Source: an uncultured Pseudomonadota bacterium
Lineage (GTDB): Bacteria > Vulcanimicrobiota > Vulcanimicrobiia > Eremiobacterales > Eremiobacteraceae
Assembly (NCBI GenBank): GCA_963736005.1
Contig: CAVTNB010000001.1
Coordinates: forward strand, 1,792,001 to 1,856,000
Direction: 5' to 3'
Length of the DNA: 64,000 nucleotides
Part shown: positions 31,033 to 41,129 of the stretch, in pieces
Layout: every line of letters begins with the position of its first letter
How positions within the stretch are numbered: position 1 is the first letter of the stretch
Notes under the pieces: model-generated
The model's input: the letters and a program-made list of their open reading frames with translations, nothing else
Told to the model about the DNA's origin: nothing
Database searches by the model: none
Translations under genes and position numbers: made by a program

Positions 31033-31656
31033 TCATTCGCGCAAGCGGGCCACGACGCTGACTGAAGCATCGCGCAAGCGATACCTCACCTCGCCGTCTC
31101 GGACAACGGACTCGACCTCGCCTGAGACCTGCACGGGAACATTGGCTCTCAGAGAAATGGCTCGCGCGGGTACGACATCAAAGCCGACGTCAATCGAATC
31201 AGCGGCGCAGCACGCCATGACGCGGCGAAACACGGCCGCGCAAACCCCGTCAACTGACGGACGCCACAATCCAGTGACCGTGATGCGCCGCCCGGTGAGA
31301 GCCGCGGGATCGTCATCTAACTTCTCGAGCGCGTCGAAGAGATCGATGCCACGAGACAGAGTGGACGCATGGGTGACGACCACAAGGCTGGGAGCCGGCA
31401 GCGCGGAGGGCAACCCGAAACCAAGCACCGTGCCCACCGCGAACCAACAAGCGAAGAGCGCGCGGTGCCAGGAGCACAGCAGCGCGAAGCTGATGACGAC
31501 CGCTCCTGCACACATGAGCCACGACGGCGCGCTCACGAACGCATGCACAACATGGCGCGCGAGCGTGCACGCGATTGCGCCGTCGAGCACCGCGAGGCCG
31601 GCATAGAGCCGCGGCGCGCGAACGCGAGCAAGCAGGTCGCGGTCAGACCAGGGCAT
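31033..31656 (-). CDS. TIGR03943/DUF1980 (YcgQ-like) membrane protein, divergent
   Basis: N-terminal TM segments; G..I.V.G and R..M.CCAAD motif; adjacent to a permease. Confidence 0.65.
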   Translation of the reverse strand: MPWSDRDLLARVRAPRLYAGLAVLDGAIACTLARHVVHAFVSAPSWLMCAGAVVISFALLCSWHRALFACWFAVGTVLGFGLPSALPAPSLVVVTHASTLSRGIDLFDALEKLDDDPAALTGRRITVTGLWRPSVDGVCAAVFRRVMACCAADSIDVGFDVVPARAISLRANVPVQVSGEVESVVRDGEVRYRLRDASVSVVARLRE

Positions 31657-32551
31657 AGCCGAGCGCGCACGCTGTCGCAGACGAACCCACGGCGAAAAAG
31701 GTTCGTGCCAAACCGAAATGTCGCCGCAACATGAGGACCTGGCGGACGTCCAAACACTGAGCCGCAATCATGAACGAGAGTTGGCTCTTGGGATGAGCAA
31801 AGAGCACGCGAGCGAGGATCGAGTCAGAACTGGAGCACGGAGACAAGACGGCCCCGAACGCAGCCGCAACGAGCCCGGAGGCGTTTGCCAGGTGGCGGTC
31901 ACCGACGCTGATGATGACGCTCGCCACGACCGCTGCCATCGAAAATGAGCCGAGGCTTGTGGCCAACGCGCTCGCGCAACGTTCCCAAAAGGAGTGCCGG
32001 CTACCGCTCAAGTGCATCGCGGGCAACGTAGCCCAGCGCCCCCAAGCAAGGGCGGTGAAGCCCGCTGCGATGAAGCCACACAGTGCTCGATCTAACGCCA
32101 TGCGGGGACCCAGCACGAGGGCGGTCGCCACGAGCGCAATCGGATTGCAGCACGCGCCCCAGATAACGGCAAAAGCGGCCACCCTAGGTGAGAGTCGAGC
32201 GAGTTCGCCGCAATAGGCATTCATCGTACAGTCGCATCCAGGCAAACAGATGGATGTGGCGAGCAGCAAAGCACCGTTCCAGCGCCGAGGCACGCGCGAT
32301 GCAACAGCGGCGACCAAACCCCCAACCGCGAGCAAGGGCGACGCACCGAGCATCATCGAGCACCAGTAACTCCAAGCACGCAGCCCGATTGTTGCTGCAG
32401 CACTCGCTTTTGGCGCCACACAGGCGGGTGACAGTGCCGCAGCGAGTGCAAGTGCTGCACCGGCGGCCAGCGGCACTAGCCGCAAGCTGCGAGGAGGCCG
32501 CAAGTATGGGAGCGAGCGACGCCGAATTGAGTGCGCTATTGGACCAAACAT
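31643..32551 (-). CDS. Predicted permease (DUF318/YcgR-like), divergent
   Basis: P.CDC, NPIAL.AT, LSPCSSSD motifs; hydrophobic; start uncertain. Confidence 0.65.
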   Translation of the reverse strand: MFGPIAHSIRRRSLPYLRPPRSLRLVPLAAGAALALAAALSPACVAPKASAAATIGLRAWSYWCSMMLGASPLLAVGGLVAAVASRVPRRWNGALLLATSICLPGCDCTMNAYCGELARLSPRVAAFAVIWGACCNPIALVATALVLGPRMALDRALCGFIAAGFTALAWGRWATLPAMHLSGSRHSFWERCASALATSLGSFSMAAVVASVIISVGDRHLANASGLVAAAFGAVLSPCSSSDSILARVLFAHPKSQLSFMIAAQCLDVRQVLMLRRHFGLARTFFAVGSSATACALGYALV

Positions 32552-32583
32552 GTTAAGATGGGGTTTCCCATTTTGAGAACGCT

Positions 32584-33855
32584 GTGAAGCACATTGCCGC
32601 ACCCCGCGGTACGGTTGATATTCTTCCCCCTGAGTCGTCGCAATGGCAAGCCCTCGAGCGGGTCGTTGACGAGGTCTGCGGCCGCTTTGGCTATCGTGAG
32701 ATCCGCACGCCAATTTTCGAAAGCACGGACGTCTTCGTCAAACCAATCGGCGAGGGCACCGACATCGTCGACAAAGAGATGTACACGTTCACCGATCGGG
32801 GAGGCCGCAGCCTCACGCTCCGACCAGAATTAACAGCGCCGGTCGTCCGTGCCGCGCTGGAACACAACTTATTGCAAACGCTGCCGCTCAAACTCTATTA
32901 CCGCGGTCCGATTTTCCGATACGAGCGTCCGCAAAAGGGACGCTACCGGCAGGCACACCAGTGGGGCGTCGAATGCTTTGGAGTTCCCGGACCCGAGGCC
33001 GACGCGGAGGTCATTTCGCTTGGGCTCGACGTGATGCGCGCCATCGGCATCACGGAGTATCGCCTCGAAATCAATTCGCTCGGCTGCGAGACGTGCCGCG
33101 AGCGCTTCCGCGAGGTGCTGATCGAATACCTCAACCAAAACGCGTCGCGGCTATCGGAGACAAGTCAGGAGCGCCTCGAGCGCAATACGCTGCGCATTCT
33201 CGATTCGAAAGATCCGCGGGATCTCGACGTGCTCACCCAGGCGCCCACCATGGACGCCTATCTGTGTGAGGCGTGTCAAGAGCACTTCGCCGTCCTGCGC
33301 ACGCTGCTCGAGTCGATGGGGATCCGCGCGCTCCATAACCCCCATATCGTGCGGGGACTGGATTACTACACCCGAACGGTTTTCGAGATCAGCTCGAGCG
33401 CGCTTGGTGCGCAAAACAGCGTGTGCGGTGGCGGGCGCTATGACGGCCTGGTTCGATCCATGGGCGGCCCCAACGTTCCCGGCGTTGGTCTCGCAATGGG
33501 CATGGACCGGATGCTCATGCTCGCTCGCAGCGCAGGCATGGGCGCATCCCAAGACGGAAAACCCCACCTCGAGCTCGCGTTTGTCGCCCTCGATGAAGAC
33601 TCCGCCCGCACGCTCGTACCGCTCGTGCACGCTCTGCGCCAACGAGGCGTGTCTGCCGACATGGACTATACACGCAGAAGCATCGATAAGCAATTGCGCG
33701 CTGCCGGTGAAAGCGGCGCGCTCTACGCTGTCATCATGGGCGAGGATGAGCGGCGCAACGGCGAAGCGACGATTCAAAACCTCGCAACGCGCGAGCGATC
33801 GCGAGTGAGGCTTGACCAGCTTGAAAGCGAGCTGGCCCGGCGCCTCGAATCATGA
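32584..33855 (+). CDS. hisS: Histidine-tRNA ligase
   Basis: PRGT.D, KEMYTF, LRPELTA, FRYERPQKGRYRQ, VRGLDYY, GGGRYDGL. Confidence 0.97.
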   Translation: MKHIAAPRGTVDILPPESSQWQALERVVDEVCGRFGYREIRTPIFESTDVFVKPIGEGTDIVDKEMYTFTDRGGRSLTLRPELTAPVVRAALEHNLLQTLPLKLYYRGPIFRYERPQKGRYRQAHQWGVECFGVPGPEADAEVISLGLDVMRAIGITEYRLEINSLGCETCRERFREVLIEYLNQNASRLSETSQERLERNTLRILDSKDPRDLDVLTQAPTMDAYLCEACQEHFAVLRTLLESMGIRALHNPHIVRGLDYYTRTVFEISSSALGAQNSVCGGGRYDGLVRSMGGPNVPGVGLAMGMDRMLMLARSAGMGASQDGKPHLELAFVALDEDSARTLVPLVHALRQRGVSADMDYTRRSIDKQLRAAGESGALYAVIMGEDERRNGEATIQNLATRERSRVRLDQLESELARRLES

Positions 33856-33898
33856 CAGGCATGCACGCACAAACGGGTTCGCGCGACTGGAGCCTTAC

Positions 33899-34348
33899 GT
33901 GGACGTAGACAAAAAGACCATTGACGAACTCGTTACGCTGATGCAGCGCGATGGCCTGGATCGCATGCGCGTCGAGGTCGGCGACGTCACGCTCGATCTG
34001 CGGATGACCGGTGAGTCAAGCGGAAAAGCTAACGCCTCTGCGACCAAAGCTGACACGTCACCCGCGTCGTCGCGGCCGCAACTCGCATCGCCGGAAGAAG
34101 CACCTCCCGGCGTCACCCGCGTGCTCGCGCCGCTCGTCGGCGTTTTCTACCGGGCGCCGGCTCCAGGAGCAGCGCCGTTTGTCGACGTCGGGGATGAGAT
34201 CGCACCGGGCAACGTTCTGTGCATCCTTGAAGCCATGAAGCTTATGAATGAAATCGTCAGCGAGCATAGCGGTAAAATCGCGCGCATTTGCGCGACGGAT
34301 GGCCAGCTTGTCTCGCTCCATCAGGAGCTGTTTTGGATCGAAACGTGA
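33899..34348 (+). CDS. accB: Biotin carboxyl carrier protein
   Basis: APLVGVFYRAP.P, EAMKLMNEI; GTG with GGAG. Confidence 0.93.
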   Translation: MDVDKKTIDELVTLMQRDGLDRMRVEVGDVTLDLRMTGESSGKANASATKADTSPASSRPQLASPEEAPPGVTRVLAPLVGVFYRAPAPGAAPFVDVGDEIAPGNVLCILEAMKLMNEIVSEHSGKIARICATDGQLVSLHQELFWIET

Positions 34349-34926
34349 GCAGCGCGCCGCGCCAGAAGACGTTTGCGGATTGCCTCGCCGATCGCCAAGG
34401 TATGTGGCAGATGGAGGAGTACGCGCATCCGGTGCAGCGCGCGGTCGAGGTCATCACCACGTCGTTACGCGCCGGTGGCCGAGTCTATTTCTTCGGCAAC
34501 GGCGGCAGCGCGGCCCAAGCGCAACACTTGGCGGCAGAGCTCTCCGGGCGTTTTCTCCTTGATCGTCCTGCTTGGGCTGGTCTGGCCCTGTCCGTCGATA
34601 CCTCAGCACTTACTGCGATAGCCAACGACTATGGTTTTGAGCACATCTTCGCGCGACAGCTCGAGGGCCTCGTGCGGCCGGGCGATGTCGCATGCGGCAT
34701 CACGACGTCGGGAGAATCCCCAAACGTCGTTGCCGGTTTACGCACGGCTCGGGCGAAAGGCGCAACGGCCATCGTTTTTTCCGGCAATGGTGGCGGGGCC
34801 GCCGCACGCGAGGCGGATGTAGCGCTCACCGGGCCATCCGGCCCATCATGGAAAGTGCAAGAAGTTCACTTGATGCTGGGCCACATCATCTGCGAACTGG
34901 TGGAGATTGCGCTCGCAGCCTCGTGA
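34345..34926 (+). CDS. gmhA: Sedoheptulose-7-phosphate isomerase
   Basis: GNGGSAA.AQH.AAE, TAIANDYG, TSG.S.N, QE.H. Confidence 0.93.
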   Translation: MSSAPRQKTFADCLADRQGMWQMEEYAHPVQRAVEVITTSLRAGGRVYFFGNGGSAAQAQHLAAELSGRFLLDRPAWAGLALSVDTSALTAIANDYGFEHIFARQLEGLVRPGDVACGITTSGESPNVVAGLRTARAKGATAIVFSGNGGGAAAREADVALTGPSGPSWKVQEVHLMLGHIICELVEIALAAS

Positions 34927-35473
34927 AGGGAGGCGAGCCGTTTTCCTCGACCGCGATGGAACGCTCAACGTCGACACAGGATACGTCTCTTCTCCCGATG
35001 ACGTGCAACTCATCGATGGTGCAGCCGACGGTGCAAGAAAGCTCGCAGCTGCCGGATACGCGCTTGTGATCGCTTCCAATCAATCGGGCATTGCCCGAGG
35101 CCTGATCACACCCGCTGCGGCCGATTCGGTCGAGGAGCGAGTCCTCGCGCTCCTGCGCGAGCGCGGTGTTTCCATTGAAGCGGTGTATCGCTGCCCGCAC
35201 TTGCCGGGAGGCAAGGTTGCGGCGTATGCGCATGAATGTGAATGCCGTAAACCCAAACCAGGCATGCTTGTTTGGGCGGCCGCCGACTTGGGGCTCGATC
35301 TGTCGTCGTCTTGGGCGGTGGGTGATAGCGAACGCGACGTGCAAGCCGGTCTGGCAGCCGGTTGTCGCGCGATCTTGCTTGAGGAAGCTGCCTTGGCGCA
35401 ACCGCGTCGCGATGGCGCCTTCGTCGCCAAGAATCTGCTCGAGGCAGCGGGTATCATTCTCTCAACGCCATGA
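34907..35473 (+). CDS. gmhB: D,D-heptose-1,7-bisphosphate phosphatase
   Basis: FLDRDGTLN, SNQSGIARG, CPH...CECRKPKPGM, VGD. Confidence 0.92.
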   Translation: MRSQPREGRRAVFLDRDGTLNVDTGYVSSPDDVQLIDGAADGARKLAAAGYALVIASNQSGIARGLITPAAADSVEERVLALLRERGVSIEAVYRCPHLPGGKVAAYAHECECRKPKPGMLVWAAADLGLDLSSSWAVGDSERDVQAGLAAGCRAILLEEAALAQPRRDGAFVAKNLLEAAGIILSTP

Positions 35474-36486
35474 TGAACACGCGCACTTGGATTGCCGACT
35501 TGCTCGCCGCCATGCGAGGCCGCAGAATTGCCGTCATTGGCGACCTCATGCTCGATGAATGGTATTGGGGCAGCGTCCGGCGGATCTCGCCCGAGGCGCC
35601 GGTTCCCGTCGTCGAAGTGAACGACCACACGTACACCCTCGGCGGTGCAGGCAACGTCGCGAACAACTTAGCTGCACTCGGTGCCAAAGTCAGCGTTTTT
35701 GGGGTCATCGGCAACGACGAAGCCGGCGATCGTTTAATCGGGCTTTTTCATAAACTTCACGTCGACGCGGGCGGGGTTGCGCGCGTTCGTTCTAGACCGA
35801 CGACGCAAAAAATGCGCATTGTCGCCCACAATCAGCAGGTCGTGCGAGCGGACCGCGAAGCGACCTCGTCGATTGACGGGAAAGTGCAGCAATGGCTCGT
35901 GCGCGCCATCGGACGTCTTGACGGCGCGCTCGACGGCGTGATCCTTTCCGATTACGGCAAAGGCCTCATTACGAGACCATTGATCCAGGCTGTGTGCAAC
36001 TTCAAGAAGGGAGCGGTCATCACCGCAGACCCGAAGCCCCAGAATCTGGATGCCTTTGTCGGCGTTGACTGGATAGCCCCCAACGTGGCCGAGACGGAGG
36101 AAGCCGCCGGCATGCGAGTGCGAAGCGATGCCGATCTGGCACGCGCCGCGAAGATCCTCATGAACCGCACGCGCGCAAAGCACGTGCTTGTGACTCGGGG
36201 AGAGCACGGTATGTCGCTCTTTTCGAAGAAAGGGAAGCCGCTCTGGGTTCCGGCAATGGCGCGGCAAGTGTACGATGTCAGTGGTGCGGGCGACACCGTC
36301 ATGTCCACGCTGACGCTCGCACTCGCGGCTGGCGCAACCCTGGAGAGAGCGGTCACCTTGGCAAACCTCGCGGCTGGCGTCGTCGTGGAAAAGCTGGGCA
36401 CCGCAACCGCGAGCTCAAAAGAGATTCTCACCTTTTCCGAACATCAAGAATTCCCGCGAAAGAAACAACGTGCGCGCCGCGGATAA
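35470..36486 (+). CDS. rfaE1: Heptose-7-phosphate kinase (HldE kinase half)
   Basis: GDLMLDEW..G...RISPEAPVPVV, SDYGKG, DVSGAGDT. Confidence 0.92.
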   Translation: MMNTRTWIADLLAAMRGRRIAVIGDLMLDEWYWGSVRRISPEAPVPVVEVNDHTYTLGGAGNVANNLAALGAKVSVFGVIGNDEAGDRLIGLFHKLHVDAGGVARVRSRPTTQKMRIVAHNQQVVRADREATSSIDGKVQQWLVRAIGRLDGALDGVILSDYGKGLITRPLIQAVCNFKKGAVITADPKPQNLDAFVGVDWIAPNVAETEEAAGMRVRSDADLARAAKILMNRTRAKHVLVTRGEHGMSLFSKKGKPLWVPAMARQVYDVSGAGDTVMSTLTLALAAGATLERAVTLANLAAGVVVEKLGTATASSKEILTFSEHQEFPRKKQRARRG

Positions 36487-36958
36487 GGTGCTGGCGCGCG
36501 CGGACATCCCTGGACGGCTTGCTTCGATCCGTGCGGGCGGCGGAAAAGTCGTCTTCACGTGCGGCGTCTTTGACTTACTTCACGTGGGGCACGTCCGGTA
36601 TCTGGAATTTGCGCGTAGCCTCGGCGCGGTACTGGTGGTGGGCGTCAATTCCGACGACTCCGTTCGCCAGCTCAACAAGGGTTCGCAGCGGCCGCTCGTG
36701 CCGGAGGCAGATCGCGCCGAGTTGGTGGCAGCGCTCGCCTGCGTCGATTATGTCTTCACCTTTAGCGAGCTGCGCCCTAACGAATCCATTCGCATCGTCC
36801 GGCCCGACATTCACGTCAAGGATGCGGCGTATGAAAAAATGGAGCTGCCGGAAGCTGCCACTGTACGCGAGGTGGGAGGCGTCGTTGCGTTCGCGCCGCA
36901 TGTGGAGGGGCGTTCGACGTCGGCCCTGCTCGACCGAATAGCGAGTGCGAAACCGTGA
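36470..36958 (+). CDS. rfaE2: Heptose-1-phosphate adenylyltransferase (HldE transferase half)
   Basis: G.FDLLHVGH, GVNSD.SVR..KG..RP, PDIHVK, STS. Confidence 0.92.
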   Translation: MRAADKVLARADIPGRLASIRAGGGKVVFTCGVFDLLHVGHVRYLEFARSLGAVLVVGVNSDDSVRQLNKGSQRPLVPEADRAELVAALACVDYVFTFSELRPNESIRIVRPDIHVKDAAYEKMELPEAATVREVGGVVAFAPHVEGRSTSALLDRIASAKP

Positions 36959-38196
36959 GCGACCCAGCGTTCTTTGTGACGACGAACGGGCCGGGTGAGG
37001 TCATGGGCTGGGTTCGGCCCTTCTTGCGCGCGCTCTACGAGAGCGAGCCGCGCGCTCGCGTGACTGTTGTGCTCCTCCCCTGCGCGTACGCCACGGGAAG
37101 AGAGGCAGAAACGCTCAGCGCGCTCTTCCCGGATGCGCGCGTCATCGATCCCCGCGCGTACGGCCGATTTCTCTTAGGGCGCAGGGTCGCCGGCATGGAA
37201 AGAACGCGGGGCGTGCTGCAATACCTAGGCGGCGACCTTTTTCATGCAAAGGTGATCGCGCGGCGGCTTGGCTTGCGCCCAATGACGTACAAGTTTACGC
37301 GACGTTCGTACTCCAAAATGTTCGAGCGCTTCTTTGCTCTTGACGAAAAAAACGCCGCTCAGCTGCGAATGCTGCGCGCGGCACCCGATCGAGTCCGAGT
37401 GGTTGGCAATCTTGTTGCTGACGCGGTCGTGGGGTCGCTCGAAGTGCCGCCCCCGCCGCCCGGTGTGGGCGAGGGAATTTGCATCATGCCCGGCAGCCGC
37501 CCGTACGAACTACGATTTCTTATGCCGTTCTTTATGGCGGTGGCTTGCGCTCTCGTCCGAATGCGGCCGGGGCTAAAAATTACCTTTGTGGTGTCGCCGT
37601 TCAACACGGATGACGAACTGGCAGCCGGCGTCGAGTGGTCCGGCGACCCCAACCACTTTGGCGTCGCGGGGCAGTTCGACGCCCGCCAACACACGATCAG
37701 CGTCGAGGGCAACACGTTTGCCGTGGATCGTTCGCCCGACTACCGCGTCGTCGCGCGCAGCCAGCTGGTGATCAGCATCCCCGGTACCAAATGCATGGAG
37801 GCGGCGGTGCTGGGGCGCCCGCTGCTGGTTGCCGTGCCTCTCAATCGGGTCGATGAAGTGGCAATGAACGGCATTTGGGCCTACGTCCATCGCGTGCCCA
37901 TTATCGGCCGGCCGGTCAAACGATGGGTCGCAAACCAAGTTGTTCGGCGAATTGAGTTTTTTGCCCAACCCAACATTGACGCGGGCCGGATGGTTGCGCC
38001 GGAAATGCGCGGCATCCTGCGGCCGCAAGACGTGGCTGCGCAGGCCGCGGCGATGCTCGATAATCCTCACGAGCTGCGTCTCATGGGCGAGCATTTAAGC
38101 TCGCTCTATGCCCCCCACGTGGGGGCGGCATCGCGAATGGTTGGGGACATGCTGGCGTTTGTCGAACGGGCGAGAACGCAACAGGTCGCTGTCTAA
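36955..38196 (+). CDS. LpxB-like GT-B glycosyltransferase (lipid-A-disaccharide synthase-related)
   Basis: NGPGE..GWVRP, LGGD, VGNL..D, MPGSR, PGT...EAA.LG.P, AQPNI; LPS context. Confidence 0.65.
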   Translation: MSDPAFFVTTNGPGEVMGWVRPFLRALYESEPRARVTVVLLPCAYATGREAETLSALFPDARVIDPRAYGRFLLGRRVAGMERTRGVLQYLGGDLFHAKVIARRLGLRPMTYKFTRRSYSKMFERFFALDEKNAAQLRMLRAAPDRVRVVGNLVADAVVGSLEVPPPPPGVGEGICIMPGSRPYELRFLMPFFMAVACALVRMRPGLKITFVVSPFNTDDELAAGVEWSGDPNHFGVAGQFDARQHTISVEGNTFAVDRSPDYRVVARSQLVISIPGTKCMEAAVLGRPLLVAVPLNRVDEVAMNGIWAYVHRVPIIGRPVKRWVANQVVRRIEFFAQPNIDAGRMVAPEMRGILRPQDVAAQAAAMLDNPHELRLMGEHLSSLYAPHVGAASRMVGDMLAFVERARTQQVAV

Positions 38197-38200
38197 GGCC

Positions 38201-39079
38201 ATGCCGCACGCGAGCGTTATCATCGCGACGCACAACCGCGCGAACGAACTCCGCGCGTGCTTGGCCGCGCTCTCCCGGCAAAGCGCGCGCGATAGCTTTG
38301 AGGTGGTCGTCGTTGACAATGGATCGCACGATGAGACTCCAGCAGTTCTTGCTGCTGCCGCAGGCGCGAGCGTGCGCCGCGTGTACGAGGCGCAGCCTAA
38401 TCGCGCCAAGGCTCGCAACGCTGGCATCGCAGCCGCACGGGGCGAGCTGATCATTTTTTGCGATGACGATACCCTCGCACCCGAAGGATTCGTCGCGGCG
38501 CATGTGGCGGCGCACGCAGCGGCACCAAACTCAGTCGTGTCGGGCCCCATCATCAACGTGCCTGATGCGGCGCATCTCGTCAGGCCAAGCCATCGCCACT
38601 ATTCACGCGCATTTTTTTGCACCTGCAATGTCAGCGTCAGCCGGACCGCGCTTCTCGCCGTGGGTGGGTTTGACGAGCAGTATGATCTCTATGGCTGGGA
38701 AGATACAGACCTTGGAATTCGGCTGCGCACCAAGGGCTTGCGCCGGATATTTGCCTGGCCCGCGTACCTCTATCACATCAAACCCCCGCACCCGCACGCG
38801 CTCGAGCGGCGGCGCGCGCTCGCAACCGAGAAGGGTACGATGGCAGCACGCTTTGTCCGCAAGACTCCGTCTTGGCCCGTCAAGCTGGCTACCGGCGCCT
38901 ATGCCGCAAATTTTGCCCGCGCCGCGATCTTTACGGCAGCGCCGATGCGCCGGTTGTGCGAGCGATTGGCAAACGGCGCCCGGCCTGGCTCGATGCTCGC
39001 TGCCTGGGCTACTGAGACGCTCGTTGACGCGGCGTACATCGACGCGCTCAAGTCGGCGTTGCGGCAACCGCAGTGCTAG
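38201..39079 (+). CDS. GT2 glycosyltransferase
   Basis: SVII.THN, VVDNGS, ARNAG, FCDDD, GGFDE..YGWED. Confidence 0.92.
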   Translation: MPHASVIIATHNRANELRACLAALSRQSARDSFEVVVVDNGSHDETPAVLAAAAGASVRRVYEAQPNRAKARNAGIAAARGELIIFCDDDTLAPEGFVAAHVAAHAAAPNSVVSGPIINVPDAAHLVRPSHRHYSRAFFCTCNVSVSRTALLAVGGFDEQYDLYGWEDTDLGIRLRTKGLRRIFAWPAYLYHIKPPHPHALERRRALATEKGTMAARFVRKTPSWPVKLATGAYAANFARAAIFTAAPMRRLCERLANGARPGSMLAAWATETLVDAAYIDALKSALRQPQC

Positions 39080-40083
39080 CGCGCGAGGCGATCTTGCTTG
39101 TCCGCTGCGACGGCGTGGGAGACGCTGCACTTTGCATCCCCTCGCTTGAAGGTCTGCGTCGCGCTTTTCCACACGCGGTCTTTGGCGCGGTGTGTTCGCC
39201 GGCTAACGCAACGCTTTTTTCGGATCGCGTGAATCGCGTGTACGTGTACGACGAGAGTTGGCCGGTCGCAAGCATGCGCGAAGAGCTCCGTAGTGGCCAG
39301 TACACAAAAGCGCTCATCGCAACTGAAGAGGTTGCGGGCTATCAAATAGGCCGCTTGAGCGGCGCGCCGCAGCGATCCGGCTTTTGGCACCGCTTGCACA
39401 AACCGTTCAAATCACTCTGGCAACGCGCGCAGGTAACAGCGCCCGTCTACCGGCCGGCCGCGTGGACCAAGAGGCCCGAACACGAGGTGCAGACCATCTA
39501 CCGCCTTGCGCTCGCGCTTGGCGCGCAAGAACCAGCGCCGCAGGATGCCCCCAGTTTGCGAAGCTGGCTGCAGGTCGAGTCCTCGGACGTCTCGCGCACC
39601 GCCCAAGGGGCCATCGGTTTTCAAATCACACCGAAGCTCATCACGCAAGACCTTGGCCCGAGCGGTCTGGCGACGGTCGTGGTTGAAGCTCTCGCCGCCT
39701 TGGGTGGCAGACGCGGTCTTCTCATTGCTTCCGCTGCGGATGAAAGTTTGGCCTGCGCGGTCTTCGAACACGTGCCGGTTGCACAAAAGAACAGCGGGCT
39801 GCTCACGCTCGCCACATCCCTTTCGCTGCCACAGTGGGTGGGTGTCTTGGACGCGGTCGACGCACTGGTCACCCCCGATACCGGTGCCGCGCACGTGGCG
39901 GGCATGCTTGGCAAGCGTCTCGTCGACATCTTCAATGAAGGCGATTACGAGCGATTGGAGGCTCAGTGGCATCCTTGGGCGGGTAGCTGGCGATGCCACG
40001 CGAAGCGACCTTTTGATATGGACTGGGATGCCGCAGCCTACGGGCGTTTTATCGCTTCTGAAGTGAGTTCTCTGTTCGTCTGA
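39073..40083 (+). CDS. GT9 (heptosyltransferase-like) glycosyltransferase
   Basis: R.DGVGD, VTPDTGAAHVA. Confidence 0.85.
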   Translation: MLAREAILLVRCDGVGDAALCIPSLEGLRRAFPHAVFGAVCSPANATLFSDRVNRVYVYDESWPVASMREELRSGQYTKALIATEEVAGYQIGRLSGAPQRSGFWHRLHKPFKSLWQRAQVTAPVYRPAAWTKRPEHEVQTIYRLALALGAQEPAPQDAPSLRSWLQVESSDVSRTAQGAIGFQITPKLITQDLGPSGLATVVVEALAALGGRRGLLIASAADESLACAVFEHVPVAQKNSGLLTLATSLSLPQWVGVLDAVDALVTPDTGAAHVAGMLGKRLVDIFNEGDYERLEAQWHPWAGSWRCHAKRPFDMDWDAAAYGRFIASEVSSLFV

Positions 40084-41129
40084 TGCCGCAAGACATAAAA
40101 GTGCTCGCCGCATGCACGGGAGGCGGCGTTGGAGACCTACTCGCGGCACTGCCCGCGATCTGCGCGCTGCATCGCCATTTTTGCGTGCCGATCGACGTCT
40201 TGACCACTCGCTATGCGGCGCAAGTCCTCAAGGGTCAGGACTGCGTCGGCGAGGTTCTTTTTGATGACGCGGATGAGCCGTTCCACGAGCTGGTCAAAAA
40301 ACTGACAGCAAGGCGCTACTCTCACGCCGTCGTGTTCTGGTCGAACCCAAGGATTGCCAAAGCCATCCAGCACTCGGGTATTCCGGAGCGCGTGGGTCAA
40401 GCACGCCGGCTCTACTCGTTTCGTTACACGAAGCGGGTGAATGTCCGAAGCGAAACGGGAGATACGCGCAGTCACTGGACAGACATTCAGATGGACTACG
40501 CGCGCGCGCTCGGTGCCGAACCGGTTCCCGAGGACTATCGCATCGAGCTGCACCCGACGGAAGCGGAGCAACAAGAAGCCAACGAACTTCTCGAGCGCAC
40601 GGTGGGTGAGCGGCCTTTTGTCATTCTCCACGCAGCGCGCGGCATCACCTCACGCGCAGCCCAGTGGCCAAGCGAACACTTTGCGGTGATTGGGGACGCG
40701 CTCGCGTCGGCGTTTTCCGCGACGGTGTTGCTGACCGGCAGTAATGAAGAAAGTCAGTTCGCGGCGAGGACAGCTGCATCGATGCGCGAGCCTGTCTTCA
40801 ATGTGTGCGGGCAAACGACACTGCTGGGCTTTGCCGCGCTTGCGCGTCGCGCCGCAGTCGTGGTCGCCCTCGATTCAGGGCCGATGCACATTGCCGCCGC
40901 CGTTTGCGCCCCAACGGTAGGCATCTTTGCGCTTCGGACTGACTTCCCCGATCGGTGGCGGCCGTTGGGCGCTCGCGTCGCCGTTGTTGGACCGCAATAT
41001 CCGTGCCCGCCCAGGTGTCGTAAGGAGACCTGCCGGACGTTTGCCTGCTACGCGGCGCTCTCGCCCGACAAGGTCGTTTCGGCTGCGCAGAGCTTGCTGC
41101 AACCGGAGCACATTGCAGCGGCACCATGA
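40083..41129 (+). CDS. GT9 (heptosyltransferase-like) glycosyltransferase
   Basis: GGVGDLL, WP...F, G.T.L, DSGPMHIAAA, W.P, C-terminal Cys cluster. Confidence 0.9.
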   Translation: MPQDIKVLAACTGGGVGDLLAALPAICALHRHFCVPIDVLTTRYAAQVLKGQDCVGEVLFDDADEPFHELVKKLTARRYSHAVVFWSNPRIAKAIQHSGIPERVGQARRLYSFRYTKRVNVRSETGDTRSHWTDIQMDYARALGAEPVPEDYRIELHPTEAEQQEANELLERTVGERPFVILHAARGITSRAAQWPSEHFAVIGDALASAFSATVLLTGSNEESQFAARTAASMREPVFNVCGQTTLLGFAALARRAAVVVALDSGPMHIAAAVCAPTVGIFALRTDFPDRWRPLGARVAVVGPQYPCPPRCRKETCRTFACYAALSPDKVVSAAQSLLQPEHIAAAP

